From Geotalea uraniireducens Rf4 (lineage in GTDB: Bacteria; Desulfobacterota; Desulfuromonadia; Geobacterales; Geobacteraceae), in the NCBI RefSeq assembly GCF_000016745.1, contig NC_009483.1, forward strand, positions 2,700,001 to 2,732,000: DNA of 32,000 nt, written 5' to 3'. Made by a program: the position numbers and the translations under genes. The notes beneath the pieces are model-generated. The model searched no databases and was not told the origin of the DNA. It saw nothing but the letters and a program-made list of their open reading frames with translations. This document shows, piece by piece, positions 16,147-23,720 of this stretch. The number at the start of each line of letters is the position of its first letter. The stretch's first letter is position 1.

Positions 16147-19071
16147 TCAGTACCTGGTAACCCTCAAGGTAGTTCTTTTGGTCACGCCGCCATAAGCAGC
16201 AGAAATGGTGACCGATGTGGATCTGGTCACCCGAGTGGTGGTAATCGTGAACGTTGCGCTGGTGCTGCCACCCGCTATCGTTACATTGGCAGGCACACCG
16301 GCTGCTGACGAATTATCGCTTAACGACACTACCACACCGCCACTCGGCGCAGGACTGCTCAACCTCACCGTGCCCCTGGAAGTGGCTCCGCCCCTGACAC
16401 TTGTTGGGCTTACCGAAAGCGCACTCAATACCGGCCGCGCAACCGTCAGCGTGGCTGTTCTCGTCACCCCCCCATAGCTGGCAGAAATGGTTACAGGAGT
16501 CGAGCCGGCCACCGGCGTGGTGGTAATCGTAAATATGGCGCTGGTGCTGCCACTCGGTATCGTCACGCTGGCAGGAACACCTGCTGCTGACGAATTGTCG
16601 CTTAACGACACCGACACACCGCCACTCGGTGCAGGACCGCTCAATCCCACCGTGCCCCGGGAAGTAGCCCCGCCTGCAACACTACTTGGGTTAAGCGAAA
16701 GCGAACTCAATGCTACTGTAGGCAAAACAGTAATAGTGACAGTTGCGACATTACTATTAATTGTTCCATTGTTCGCCATGTAGGTAAAACTGTCGTTCCC
16801 CGCATAGTTCGCAGCCGGTGTATAGGTGAAAGCTCCGTTGGTATTGAGGGTGAGGGTGCCATGGGATGGGCCGCTCACCAGTTGCGCCGTCAGGATCGCT
16901 CCCTGGGGATCGGTATCGTTGCCCAGCACTCCCGGGACAGCCTGATTCAGGGTCGTATTTGCGTTGGTGCTGTACGTATCATTCACCGCTACGGGGGTTG
17001 CCGACACCGAATACTGTATTTGGACAGTTGAAACTGAAGCACCTATCCGAACTTTTGCGCCATAGTTGGTGGTTCTATAATCCGCGGGATTAGCCGGTGT
17101 TCCATCAAGAAACACCTGCATATTCCCGATAGTCTCAGATGATCCCCTGGGAAGAACTATTTCAATGGCAGTGTCTGCGTCCGTAACTCCGAATACCGAT
17201 GCCGTCACGATGGAGGTGTTACCGGACCTTGTGAAATTGGGAGTCACATTTACCTTCGAGCGTAAAAGCCACCAGTCGTAGATCCCTACGGCATTGGTGG
17301 ACCACAATTTGGGCTTCGACATGCTATAACTCACGTACTCTTGTTCCAACCCTCCGCTGTTAGAAGGTGCATGTCCGTAGTAATTGAGCAACAATCCGCC
17401 GATGTCATAGTAGAAATCAACCGCTGCCCTTATGGAATCAGTAGTGTGACCCCATTCAAGGGCTTGAGGGATTTCAGTGCCGACAAACCAGTCGCTCGTC
17501 GGCTGCGAAACGTGAGAATAAATACGCTTGCCGGGTTTCTTATACGAGAGCGTGAAGTGCGGAAAGGGGCCGATTTTTTGTTCGCCCATGGTGATCGAGC
17601 CTAATTGCTCCAGGATATCGTAGGAATCTTCACGGGTGGAATTGAAGTATGGTGAAGCCCAGGTCCTTGGGCACGTCCCGGTTGCACCGCAACCGGGACG
17701 GCCGTTGTCGATCCCGGCCAGCCAGCCTTCGATATCCTTGAAAGAAGCCAGAATAGAAGCGGAAGCATAGGCCTTGCCGTTCGCGTAACCCGGCGGACTT
17801 TGGTCCAGCGCTTCGTCCGGCCCCCAGTGCCAGTAATCATGATCAGATGGTTGCAGGGAGGGGTTTCCGGGGTTCTTAAGACCGCCGTTGTGCGACCCGA
17901 TTGTAGCCCCGTAGTAAGACACGGCGTCCCGAAGGCTGGAGATTATCGTGGCACGATCCGATCCCGTATAGGTGCGTAGCGCACCTGTACTGAAATAGTA
18001 CTCGCCTACAGCCCCGATGGAATGTTCAAACTGGGCCGAGGATTTGATAGTTTTTATCAGGTCAATATATTCCTCAAAATCGTGGCGAACAACTAAAGCC
18101 GCGTCGTACGGATATCGCCATGGACTAAGCTTAACGATCGGAAGGGTGAAAGATTCGAAGGCCCACTCGATGGCCCTGCGATAGACGAGATAAGCATACA
18201 TGCTTGGGTCGATCATTCCGTGGCCGATGAGTGGTTGAATTGCTCCATGGTAGATAAACTGTCCTTGTCCGTAATTCTTAACCGTCAGAAGCGGACCTGA
18301 ATCACCATTTGCAACAACCGTAGCACCATTGGCAACAACCGACCATGTCCAGTGCTTGCCATGAATTACGTGGGCAGGTGAATTACCCCAGGGAATCTCC
18401 TCTGAGGTCAAGGGGGCGTTCCAAACGAGTGTACCACTTGGGATATGACTGGTCAGCCGATGGTCGGTAGTCTTGGTGAAATGCTTGTTCCCATACCAGT
18501 TCCAATTGTTGGATTCAGTCTGGTTGGAATTGGCCATGTGCAATCCCATTTCTCCGGCCAGGGCAAAATCACCACGGTTAGTGCCATCGGGATAACGTGT
18601 AAAGGCCGATGAGCCGACGAACACGAAGCCTCCTGCGCTGACATAATTGCGGAGCGGAGAAATCTCGTAATCGGCTATCGCTTCAGAAGCCAGGCTGATC
18701 AGAATCGGGTAGCGCGGCGAGCCATCAGGGTTAAGCAATTTGCCGGCAGCGATATCACTATCGCTTACCTCGACAAATGGTGTGCCATCCGAACTAAGCG
18801 CCTCTTTAAATGATTCATATGCAACGAAATAGTGCCATGAAGTATACCACCACTGGTAACCGGAAAACCCGGTCCCTGTAGGTGTCGGTGGGACAGCAGG
18901 TGTTGTTTCGAGTGCATGGGTGAACTCGGAGATGTGGATGGCGACGAAAGGCTCGGGAGGTGTTGAACCTTGCTGCGCAATCGCCTGATATGGAGCTGCT
19001 GAAACGGCTACGATGAGAAGGCACACTACTGGGAAAATATATCTAAACGACCTGAACAATATTTTTTCCAT
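16147..19071 (-). CDS. Secreted 974-aa multidomain protein: signal peptide, large enzyme-like core, cadherin/Ig-like domain, two 94-aa tandem Ig-like repeats
   Basis: - Signal peptide: MEKILFRSFRYIFPVVCLLIVAVSAAPYQAIAQ.
- Core (about aa 320-560) has deacetylase/glycosidase-like strings (ALVVRHDFEE, GSHNGG, NYYGH); this assignment is weak.
- aa 691-786: VAVNDTYST...GVLGNDTDPQG...FTYTPAANYAGNDSFTY, a cadherin-like Ig domain.
- aa 787-880 and 881-974 are about 75 percent identical repeats.
- There is no PEP-CTERM tail; the protein ends ...TLRVTRY. Confidence 0.85.
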   Translation of the reverse strand: MEKILFRSFRYIFPVVCLLIVAVSAAPYQAIAQQGSTPPEPFVAIHISEFTHALETTPAVPPTPTGTGFSGYQWWYTSWHYFVAYESFKEALSSDGTPFVEVSDSDIAAGKLLNPDGSPRYPILISLASEAIADYEISPLRNYVSAGGFVFVGSSAFTRYPDGTNRGDFALAGEMGLHMANSNQTESNNWNWYGNKHFTKTTDHRLTSHIPSGTLVWNAPLTSEEIPWGNSPAHVIHGKHWTWSVVANGATVVANGDSGPLLTVKNYGQGQFIYHGAIQPLIGHGMIDPSMYAYLVYRRAIEWAFESFTLPIVKLSPWRYPYDAALVVRHDFEEYIDLIKTIKSSAQFEHSIGAVGEYYFSTGALRTYTGSDRATIISSLRDAVSYYGATIGSHNGGLKNPGNPSLQPSDHDYWHWGPDEALDQSPPGYANGKAYASASILASFKDIEGWLAGIDNGRPGCGATGTCPRTWASPYFNSTREDSYDILEQLGSITMGEQKIGPFPHFTLSYKKPGKRIYSHVSQPTSDWFVGTEIPQALEWGHTTDSIRAAVDFYYDIGGLLLNYYGHAPSNSGGLEQEYVSYSMSKPKLWSTNAVGIYDWWLLRSKVNVTPNFTRSGNTSIVTASVFGVTDADTAIEIVLPRGSSETIGNMQVFLDGTPANPADYRTTNYGAKVRIGASVSTVQIQYSVSATPVAVNDTYSTNANTTLNQAVPGVLGNDTDPQGAILTAQLVSGPSHGTLTLNTNGAFTYTPAANYAGNDSFTYMANNGTINSNVATVTITVLPTVALSSLSLNPSSVAGGATSRGTVGLSGPAPSGGVSVSLSDNSSAAGVPASVTIPSGSTSAIFTITTTPVAGSTPVTISASYGGVTRTATLTVARPVLSALSVSPTSVRGGATSRGTVRLSSPAPSGGVVVSLSDNSSAAGVPANVTIAGGSTSATFTITTTRVTRSTSVTISAAYGGVTKRTTLRVTRY
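16150..16713 (-). repeat. In-frame tandem duplication, 2 x 282 bp (2 x 94 codons)
   Basis: The units 16150-16431 and 16432-16713 encode VLSALSVSPTSVRGGATSRGTVRLSSPAPSGGVVVSLSDNSSAAGVPANVTI... and ALSSLSLNPSSVAGGATSRGTVGLSGPAPSGGVSVSLSDNSSAAGVPASVTI.... The mirrored + ORFs 16205.. and 16487.. are offset by exactly 282 nt. Confidence 0.9.
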
Positions 19072-19115
19072 GGCTTAATCCCCCTGTTCTCAGAAACTGT
19101 ATCTACCGAATTCGG

Positions 19116-19284
19116 CTAGGAGTCTGTCGGACTTAGGGAATCGTAGCGAGAGGATGGAAAATCGAGGACAGATTTCCGGAAATTTGAGAGCGAATAGTGG
19201 ACCTATTCGTCGAAAATTTACGGGAATATGGACCGATTTGCCATTCTCGCAGTAGATTCATTCCTAAGTCCGACAGGCTCCTAG
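19116..19284. repeat. 169-bp imperfect palindrome (long hairpin / MITE-like)
   Basis: The left arm 19116-19197 and the reverse complement of 19203-19284 align end to end. The outer 22 nt are ctaggagtctgtcggacttagg versus ctaggagcctgtcggacttagg. The innermost 7 nt, cgaatag / ctattcg, flank a 5-nt loop tggac centred near 19200. Overall arm identity is roughly 75-80 percent by hand alignment. Confidence 0.8.
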
Positions 19285-19333
19285 ACCCTCCTCAAACAGA
19301 CAAGCTCTCGAACGACAGCGTTTCGGGATTCCA

Positions 19334-19433
19334 TATTGCTTCAGTAATTACACATGCAAGTCCTTATAGGGGCGAATGATTGGGCGAGGCAAGTCTCGCT
19401 CCTGCGTTGATATGTTTAATCACCGGAGCAATA
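19334..19433. repeat. Nested palindromic REP/MITE-like element, copy B
   Basis: The arms tattgcttcagtaattacacat (19334-19355) and atgtttaatcaccggagcaata (19412-19433) are about 18 of 22 complementary. The interior gattgggcgaggcaagtctcgctcctgcg matches copy A but lacks the 22-bp central palindrome. The element overlaps the last 22 codons and the stop of the aminotransferase gene. Confidence 0.7.
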
Positions 19434-20635
19434 GCAACATGACTTGACAACCTTTCTTCAGCCTCAAGACCATATACGACTGCCAGCCGCATTATCTGAC
19501 AGATTTTTCTTATCTCATCCGGACCGACAGCAGTACCGGCAGGAAGAGAAAGCACACGGTTTGCGAGTCTCTCGGTTTCAGGCAACACCAGTCTTGCATG
19601 GGGAAAGTAGGAACGGTAAGGTTCCATCCTGTGACAGCCCGGATAGAAGTAACGCCGCGCCAGAACATTTTCTGCACGGAGAATGTCCACTATCTGATCC
19701 CGGGTCACGTGCGTAATGGATTCGTCGATTTCAAGAACGACGTATTGATAGTTGCACTTCTCCCTCTGATCATAATTGATGAGGGTGACTCCCGCCAAGT
19801 CTCTGAGTTCCTGTTCATAGCATCTGTAATTCCCGAAGTTCACTGCAATAAATTCATCTATACTTTCGAGATTCGTCAATCCCATCAGCGCAGAGAATTC
19901 GTTCATCTTCCCATTTGTCCCGATATAGATGACGTTGTCATATCCTGAGAACCCGAAATTCTTCATCAGGCGAATTTTGCCGGCCAGGTCATCGTCATTT
20001 GTGGCTATTGCTCCCCCCTCGCAGGTATTAAAGAATTTTGTTGCATGAAAGCTGAAGACCTCTGCGCTTCCGAAGCTGCCGATCATCCTCCCTTTGTACG
20101 AACAGCCAAAGCCATGGGCGGCATCAAACAGCAGTTTTAAACGATGTGAAGCTGCGATTTCTTCCAGTGCTTCGATATCGCATGGGCGGCCCCAGAGATG
20201 CACACCTATGATACCGGTCGTCCGGGGCGTGATCATCTTTTCTATGCAGGATGGGTCAATCGTGTGTGTTTTGGGATCGATATCGCAGAAAACCGGGGTA
20301 ATCTCCTGCCATTGCAGCGCATGCGCGGTAGCAACGAAGGTGAAAGAAGGGAGAATGACTTCGCCTTTCAACTCGAGAGAACGGATAGCAATTTCCAAAG
20401 CAACAGTACCGTTGCACATGGAAATACAGTTCTTGACGCCGATCATGTCGGAAATCCGCCGTTCGAATTCCTGCACATAAGGCCCATTATTGCTGAGCCA
20501 CTTTCTATCCAGCATGTCATTGATGCGCTTAAGCAATCGCTCCCGGTCCCCAAGATTGGGACGTCCGACATGGAGTGTTTCTTGAAAAGTGGGAGTTCCG
20601 CCAAATATAGCCAGATCATCGATATTCTCTTTCAT
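19364..20635 (-). CDS. DegT/DnrJ/EryC1/StrS-family PLP aminotransferase
   Basis: 423-aa ORF. LAIFGGTPTF...NNGPYVQEFERR...MCNGTVALEIA...FSFHATKFFNTCEGG (PLP lysine). GGAGG lies 6 nt upstream of ATG 20635. The C-terminal 22 aa (IAPVIKHINAGARLASPNHSPL) are encoded by repeat copy B. Confidence 0.85.
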   Translation of the reverse strand: MKENIDDLAIFGGTPTFQETLHVGRPNLGDRERLLKRINDMLDRKWLSNNGPYVQEFERRISDMIGVKNCISMCNGTVALEIAIRSLELKGEVILPSFTFVATAHALQWQEITPVFCDIDPKTHTIDPSCIEKMITPRTTGIIGVHLWGRPCDIEALEEIAASHRLKLLFDAAHGFGCSYKGRMIGSFGSAEVFSFHATKFFNTCEGGAIATNDDDLAGKIRLMKNFGFSGYDNVIYIGTNGKMNEFSALMGLTNLESIDEFIAVNFGNYRCYEQELRDLAGVTLINYDQREKCNYQYVVLEIDESITHVTRDQIVDILRAENVLARRYFYPGCHRMEPYRSYFPHARLVLPETERLANRVLSLPAGTAVGPDEIRKICQIMRLAVVYGLEAEERLSSHVAIAPVIKHINAGARLASPNHSPL

Positions 20636-20641
20636 CTGATA

Positions 20642-20646
20642 CCTCC
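20642..20646 (-). promoter_or_regulatory. Shine-Dalgarno (GGAGG) for the aminotransferase gene
   Basis: Plus-strand cctcc at 20642-20646, with a 6-nt spacer to ATG 20635..20633. Confidence 0.6.
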
Positions 20647-20732
20647 GATCACCAGAGAATCTTTTGCGAACAACGGCTCATATGCGTGCTGAAACTATCA
20701 CTAATATCCGATACGGTTAACCATCCGATCTC

Positions 20733-22358
20733 TCAAACACTATCCTCTTGACTGTGGCGATAATTCCCGGCGCAGATCCCCGCCAAGGTTTTTCTATCTA
20801 TCTTTCCCGATGATGTCATCGGCAGAGAATCCCGAAACTCCATAATCTCAGGCATCATATATTTGGGTAATCGCGTAGCACAATGCCTGACAACATCCTC
20901 TTTTCCGACCGTGCGGTTACTCATGGGAACGATAACGGCGACAATCCTGTTCCCGACAAGCTCGTCCGGAATTGGAAGCACCACGGCGGCCATGATCTCC
21001 GGATGGCTTGACAGCACAGTTTCTATCTCTTCAAGCTCGATACGGTAACCTCGACTTTTCACCATGTTGTCTTTGCGGCCGGAAAAAACATAATTGCCAT
21101 GCCCGTCGATCCGGACAAGATCACCTGTCTTGTAGACGATTTTCCGGGAAACGGGATACCGTGGGTCAGGCACGAACTTATCACCGGTCATCCATTCCTC
21201 TCCCCAGTACCCAAGGGCAACGGTGGAACTGCCGACGTACAGTTCCCCGTCCTCCCCCACCCGGCTGATGACTTCCCCGGCGTCATTCAGAGCAAAGACT
21301 TCAAAGTTCGGGAACGGCCTGCCGATGGGGATGCGCCATGCGTCATCGTCGGGTAACTCCCCGATGGGATAAAACATTGAGGAATTCGCTTCAGTCTGGC
21401 CGTAAATATTAAAGAATGATGCATTGCCCATATGTTTTGTTAATACACGCAGATACTTTGCAGGCATGATATCGCCGGAAAAATGAACGATGCGCAGAGC
21501 GTCGAAGCTGTGCCGTTCCAGCATTCCCTTGTCTGCAAGCATGGTTAAAACTGAAGAGACCGAATTCCAGATGGTGATTTGTTCTTTAGCTATAAATTCA
21601 CTCAACTTCACAGGAAATGTCGACAACAACTCGGGAAGCAGCACAATTGCCGCCCCGCATTTCACTGCAACGAATATGTCAAACACCGAGAGATCGAAAT
21701 GCAACGGCGCGTGATTACAGAACCTGTCCGTCTCGCTTATCTTAAAAAACCTTGCTGCCATTTCAACAAAGGTAAGCGCATTCAGATGAGATATGGCAAC
21801 GCCTTTCGGATTCCCGGTAGAACCGGATGTATGAAGTATGTATGCCGGGCTGCTGTCGGACATCTCTACGGATTGAAATTCGGAATCGCCGTTGTCGGAT
21901 ACCTGGTAAAATGGCAGACATTCGGCAAGAATATTCAGATGCCTTGACTCATCATGATCTTTTCCAACTACTATTGCCTTCGTAACAGACATTTGTTCCT
22001 CTGAATCTGATAATAATGTGTTCAAATTCGGAGATGATGCAATCAGACATTCAATGCCGCAGTGTTTGATAATATATGTAATCCTGTTAACCGGTGCAGA
22101 AGGGTCGATCGGTACATATATTGCCCCGGACTTCAGTATCCCAAAGAGAGATACGATCGTCTCGATCGATTTGGAAAGCATTATGCCGACACGATCACCC
22201 TTTTTTATTCCCGACTGCTGAAGTTTCCGGGCCAGATCATTGCTCTGTTGTTCCAGTTCGGAATAGGTTACGGATTTTTCCTTAAAGACGACGGCCACGT
22301 TATCAGGATATTTCCTGGCGCTGTGTTCCAATAAATGTTGAAGCAGATAGCCGCACAT
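20733..22358 (-). CDS. Stand-alone adenylation enzyme (ANL superfamily, DltA/NRPS A-domain-like)
   Basis: 541-aa ORF with the A-domain core motifs in order: SYSELEQQSNDLARKL (A1), LKSGAIYVPIDP (A2), AYILHTSGSTGNPKGV (A3), FDLSVFD (A4), NIYGQTE (A5), GELYVGSSTVALGYWG (A6), YKTGDLV (A7), GRKDNMVKSRGYRIELEEIE (A8), LPKYMMP (A9) and LPMTSSGKIDRK (A10). There is no fused carrier or condensation domain. Confidence 0.9.
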   Translation of the reverse strand: MCGYLLQHLLEHSARKYPDNVAVVFKEKSVTYSELEQQSNDLARKLQQSGIKKGDRVGIMLSKSIETIVSLFGILKSGAIYVPIDPSAPVNRITYIIKHCGIECLIASSPNLNTLLSDSEEQMSVTKAIVVGKDHDESRHLNILAECLPFYQVSDNGDSEFQSVEMSDSSPAYILHTSGSTGNPKGVAISHLNALTFVEMAARFFKISETDRFCNHAPLHFDLSVFDIFVAVKCGAAIVLLPELLSTFPVKLSEFIAKEQITIWNSVSSVLTMLADKGMLERHSFDALRIVHFSGDIMPAKYLRVLTKHMGNASFFNIYGQTEANSSMFYPIGELPDDDAWRIPIGRPFPNFEVFALNDAGEVISRVGEDGELYVGSSTVALGYWGEEWMTGDKFVPDPRYPVSRKIVYKTGDLVRIDGHGNYVFSGRKDNMVKSRGYRIELEEIETVLSSHPEIMAAVVLPIPDELVGNRIVAVIVPMSNRTVGKEDVVRHCATRLPKYMMPEIMEFRDSLPMTSSGKIDRKTLAGICAGNYRHSQEDSV

Positions 22359-22378
22359 CTCATTTCTCCATCAATGTA

Positions 22379-23524
22379 TTAAAGCCCGAGAAGACTCGCT
22401 ATGACATTTTTTTGAATTTCGGATGTACCTGAATAGATCTTTCCTGCTATGGAATCCCGCAAGTTTCTTTCAAAATCCATTTCTGCAGAATAACCGTAGG
22501 CACCGTGTATCTGCAGAGCTTCCATGCAATTTTCCACATAACTTTCACTGACAAATAGTTTGGCAATTGCAGATTCGACAGGCGCCCGTTGCCCCTGTGC
22601 CTTCAACCATGCGACTTTGTAAAGGACAAGTCTTGACAGTTCGAGCCTGACTTGCATGTCTGCGATTTTATGGGATATGGCCTGGTATTTGCCGATAGGC
22701 TTTTCGAACTGATGCCTGTCATTCACATAACGGATACATTCTTCAAGATCTCTTCCCATGGCCCCTACGTGGGTAGCAAACAAGCAACTCCTCTCCCATT
22801 CCATTTCTGAATTGAAGATGGCGGCACCTGCGCCTTCTTTCCCCAGCCTGTTCTCTTCCGGGACTTCGCAATCCTGGAGAATAACCTCTCCGAGCGGGCA
22901 GGTCTTCAACCCCATCATATCAAGGGGTTTTCCTACCGAAAATCCGGGGAAGCCTTTTTCAACGATAAAGGTCGAGATCCCGGCAAAACCTTTTTTTGCA
23001 TCCGTGACCGCAAACACCAAAAGGATGTCTGCTATAGGCGCATTTGTAATAAACATCTTTGTCCCGTTGATAATATATCGATCACCTTTTTTTTCGGCTT
23101 TGCACTTCATGCTGAATGCATCGGAACCGGAATCCGGCTCCGTCATGGCATGACCCCCCTTGAGCGAACCATTGCAAAGACCCGGCAAATATTTTTTCTT
23201 TTGATAATCGGTGCCGAATTTAAGTATCGGGGACTCGCAAGTCCAGATATGTGAGTTGATGGCAAACAAAAGACCGCTGTCCCTGCAGCCATAGCCAAGT
23301 CCTTCCATGGTGGCAACGCATGTCAAAATGTCCACGCCGAGACCACCGTACTCTTCCGGTATGGGAAGTCTCTGTATTCCAAATTCGGCGCACTTTTCCC
23401 AGCCATCCTGGTTGAATTCACAGTTCCTTTCGCGTTCTTTGGCACCTTTATTGAGTGCCTTCTCCGCAAATTCGATGGCCGAGTTTTTAAAGGTCAGCTG
23501 GTCTTCAGTGAATGAAAAATCCAT
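22379..23524 (-). CDS. Acyl-CoA dehydrogenase-family flavoprotein
   Basis: 381-aa ORF. FTEDQLTFKNSAIEFAEK...IPEEYGGLG...GGHAMTEPDSGSDAFSM...INGTKMFITNAP...IHGAYGYSAEMDFERNLRDSIAGKIYSGTSEIQKNVIA. This is typical ACAD architecture. Confidence 0.9.
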   Translation of the reverse strand: MDFSFTEDQLTFKNSAIEFAEKALNKGAKERERNCEFNQDGWEKCAEFGIQRLPIPEEYGGLGVDILTCVATMEGLGYGCRDSGLLFAINSHIWTCESPILKFGTDYQKKKYLPGLCNGSLKGGHAMTEPDSGSDAFSMKCKAEKKGDRYIINGTKMFITNAPIADILLVFAVTDAKKGFAGISTFIVEKGFPGFSVGKPLDMMGLKTCPLGEVILQDCEVPEENRLGKEGAGAAIFNSEMEWERSCLFATHVGAMGRDLEECIRYVNDRHQFEKPIGKYQAISHKIADMQVRLELSRLVLYKVAWLKAQGQRAPVESAIAKLFVSESYVENCMEALQIHGAYGYSAEMDFERNLRDSIAGKIYSGTSEIQKNVIASLLGL

Positions 23525-23531
23525 GGTCTTT

Positions 23532-23720
23532 TTATCCTATTTTCAGGTTCATCCGGGAATTCCGGGGAAGGCCGCCTGCCGCGACTTCGTCCGTTCGTTC
23601 GGTCGCCGCAGCTGCGGACCTTGCACCGTCTCCAATGTAATTGCCTGAATATTCGTTTGCTGACGAAGCTGCTTCTTTCAATCTCGGGCGGGTGTCCGCT
23701 TGCCGCTTCGGCTCTGTCAT
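23532..23720 (-). CDS. Hypothetical 62-codon ORF filling the ureohydrolase-ACAD spacer (coding status uncertain)
   Basis: The ATG at 23720..23718 overlaps the TGA of the upstream gene (ATGA). The stop TAA at 23534..23532 lies 7 nt before the ACAD ATG. The product MTEPKRQADTRPRLKEAASSANEYSGNYIGDGARSAAAATERTDEVAAGGLPRNSRMNLKIG is hydrophilic, low in complexity and has no recognisable motif. The region is GC-rich, so long ORFs can arise by chance. Confidence 0.25.
   Translation of the reverse strand: MTEPKRQADTRPRLKEAASSANEYSGNYIGDGARSAAAATERTDEVAAGGLPRNSRMNLKIG

Noticed and set aside
16150-16783. Possible CRISPR array, or plus-strand genes (track ORFs 16205..16477 and 16487..16783).
   Set aside because: The repeat unit is 282 bp with no spacers, and it is in frame within the 974-aa minus-strand gene. 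The plus-strand ORFs are mirror images of the duplicated coding units.
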